From: Hypanus sabinus
Taxonomy: Eukaryota
Assembly (NCBI RefSeq): GCF_030144855.1
Contig: NW_026779273.1
Span: 1-64,000, forward strand
Direction: 5' to 3'
Length of the DNA: 64,000 bases
Made by a program: the position numbers and the translations under genes. A model generated the notes under the pieces. The model searched no databases. It was not told the origin of the DNA and saw nothing but the letters and a program-made list of their open reading frames with translations. The first letter of the stretch is position 1. Every line of letters begins with the position of its first letter. Below are positions 61,430 through 64,000 of this stretch, piece after piece.

Positions 61430-63599
61430 GCACTCAGTGTATCGCTGCACATTGCCCTGATCGAACTGCACACAGCAATGCGCAAAATTTAAGACGTTGC
61501 ATCTGTAAAAGTTTGTCCTACGAATGCATCTGTACAAATGCTAATATCTGGCACATGCATCTATGCCTTGTATAGTTATGTAATTAATGGGGAAACCTCC
61601 GTTTGGTGACATCCTGTACCTAATAAAATGGCAACTCACAGTATGTTCGTGGTCCTCTGCCATTGCAGTCAATTCCCTCCAAGGTTCTACATATTGTGCA
61701 TTCAGAGATGCTCCTCTGCACACCACTGTTGTAACACGTGGGAACTTGAAACGCTGCCGCCGTCCTCTCAGCTTGAAAGAGTCTGACCGTTCCCTTCTGA
61801 CATCGGCCATTAACCGGGTGTTTTCAACCACGTAATTACCACAACAGTGTTTCGCGACATTCTCTGTAAACACAAGAGAAAGTAGTGTGTGAATATCCGA
61901 GGATTTCAGTCGTTTCTGAGATAGGCAACCTCTCCCGGATTGGCACCAATATGCATTCTACAAACGAAGTAAGTTAGATCACATTTCTTCCCTATTCTGA
62001 TGATTGAACTGAATCGGAATGGAACCTCTTGACCATCTCTGCATGTTCTTCTGTATTGACGCTGCAACACGATTGGCTGATGAGACATTCGCATTATCGA
62101 GTGGGCGTAGAGCTGTCTACTAAAGTGGCCACGTCATCTGGGTAACTTGAATGAAAACGTGGATAGATACGATTGTAATTTTGAAAAGGACACAACGATT
62201 GAAACATGGATGTTAGAGCGGGTTCGCAGCGGAGAAAGCGGGATATCTGTGGAGTCACTGCGTATCTGTAGCTGATAATGATTCCACGGAGTGTATGTTG
62301 TGTTATTTATATTATCAACTCTGCAGACCGACGCTGAAACTTCTCATCTTTCGCAGTATTCCATCTGGAGGAGAGATTGCCCAACCCGAGGCAGGAGCAT
62401 ATTGAGCTCCTACTGATCTTTCGCTTCTTTTCGTACCAGGGGACAAACGACGTTTTGTGTTTGCTGTATAACCGCAACGTCTGCATCGACTCGCCACGAA
62501 ATTCCCTGTGACATTCACGCGCTTTCAGTCTGCGGGTCCAGAGTCAGTGAACCAGTAGACACACACAAATGCATTATGGATAATTCNNNNNNNNNNNNNN
62601 NNNNNNNNNNNNNNNNNNNNNNNNNNNNNNNNNNNNNNNNNNNNNNNNNNNNNNNNNNNNNNNNNNNNNNNNNNNNNNNNNNNNNNNNNNNNNNNNNNNN
62701 NNNNNNNNNNNNNNNNNNNNNNNNNNNNNNNNNNNNNNNNNNNNNNNNNNNNNNNNNNNNNNNNNNNNNNNNNNNNNNNNNNNNNNNNNNNNNNNNNNNN
62801 NNNNNNNNNNNNNNNNNNNNNNNNNNNNNNNNNNNNNNNNNNNNNNNNNNNNNNNNNNNNNNNNNNNNNNNNNNNNNNNNNNNNNNNNNNNNNTATACGT
62901 ACATACATACGTACATAGATAGATAGATGTTTGGAGAGACAGATAGAAATATAGCAAGTTCACAGTTCATTTTTAATTTTTGACGTATACCATTCCATAC
63001 CCTGGGTCAGCAATATTGATTGTTTCTGTTCTAACCAGGAAAAGCAAAGCGTTTCCCATAGCTGATGTATCAACACAGCTTCTTCATTCACCCAACACGA
63101 AATCCCTGGGGCGTTCACGCGCTTTCAGCATCTGAGTCAGGGATGCGGAGAAATATTCAGAAGCATTTTGAATAATTCAGGAAGATCCGTGGATAAATAA
63201 ATAGATACATAGATAAATACACACAAACATAGNNNNNNNNNNNNNNNNNNNNNNNNNNNNNNNNNNNNNNNNNNNNNNNNNNNNNNNNNNNNNNNNNNNN
63301 NNNNNNNNNNNNNNNNNNNNNNNNNNNNNNNNNNNNNNNNNNNNNNNNNNNNNNNNNNNNNNNNNNNNNNNNNNNNNTTTAATTAAGCCACACTGCAGAA
63401 ACTGCGACCTCCACTCTCTTTCGGTTATCTACTGAAGACAAAAGAAGAACGTACCGCCCATCAATTACACAGGAAGTGATAGACGTCATAGGGCCAATCG
63501 GCAGCAGCCACTATATCGAGCAACGCAGAACATTTCTTAGGAAAGCTTGTTTTCAACGGCACTCCACCCCAAAGACCGCCAGGGTCTACCCTGCAAACG

Positions 63600-64000
63600 A
63601 TGATGCGGGGAACATATTGTCTTCTGCTGATCGTGGCATTGATCCCGCGTAAGTCAGGTTAACAATGGTTCTGGGGAAGGTAATACAGTTTCAGAGAACG
63701 GGCTACCATTTATTGAGAGAAATTAGGCTCTAATGAAATTTCTCCCTTGCAGGGATTCTGGCCGTGTATGTGGAACAGTCGCCCCCTTCCCTGTCAGTTG
63801 GATTCGGAGAGTCAAACACCGTCGAATGCACGCTGCTGAATTCGGGCTATACTAATATGTATTGGTACAGACAGCGACCGGACGGGGCAATAGAAGCTCT
63901 TTTCTATTCTGCTGAGAAAGATATAGTCAACAGTTACACGTCGGAATCCTACGCGGCAACAAGGTCCAGCAGCACTTTCTTTCAGCTGGAACTAAAGAAT
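63600..64000 (+). CDS. TRBV: TCR beta-like V segment V-Q, partial (runs off the window)
   Basis: Leader 63600-63648 (MMRGTYCLLLIVALIP). V exon from 63753 is open to the window end: VYVEQSP..VECTLL..MYWYRQ..LFYSAEK..YAATRSS. Not in the ORF track. Confidence 0.9.

Noticed and set aside
459-64000. Assignment of the V genes to IgH, IgL, NAR or TCR alpha/delta/gamma
   Set aside because: There are no V-D-J-C clusters or octamer promoters. 23-RSS, CAWS/CASx ends, the F/Y-x-A-x-R-P D strand and the CRE decamer fit TCR beta best. This was not confirmed by database search, and V-H remains uncertain.

Overview
Vertebrate genomic DNA, most likely a cartilaginous fish and probably a ray (inferred from the CR1/SINE repeat complement and the V-domain style). 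The window is part of a germline T-cell receptor V-segment array, most consistent with TCR beta (TRBV). I count 17 V segments, labelled V-A to V-Q from left to right. Most have a leader exon, a phase-1 intron, a V exon and a 23-bp-spacer RSS. Seven look intact (V-C, V-D, V-E, V-G, V-M, V-O, V-P), V-J is an open frame with a non-canonical pre-Cys motif, V-Q is cut by the window end, and eight are pseudogenes. I saw no D, J or C segments. The array is an imperfect mirror image: left-arm V genes are mostly on the minus strand, right-arm genes mostly on the plus strand, and several inverted homology blocks link the arms. A V-free, transposon-rich zone (CR1 LINE split by a hAT transposon) lies near the centre. 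The main observations are: (1) CTCF-like motifs at a fixed ~39-41 bp from the RSS nonamer of six V genes (one degenerate); (2) CTCF-like motifs pointing left in the left arm and right in the right arm, suggesting back-to-back V arms that may serve two D-J-C clusters; (3) apparent exon-restricted gene conversion between the inverted V-E/V-M pair; (4) V families with extra germline cysteines. All alignments and motif calls were made by eye. Seven N-gaps indicate a draft assembly, so single frameshifts may be sequencing errors.
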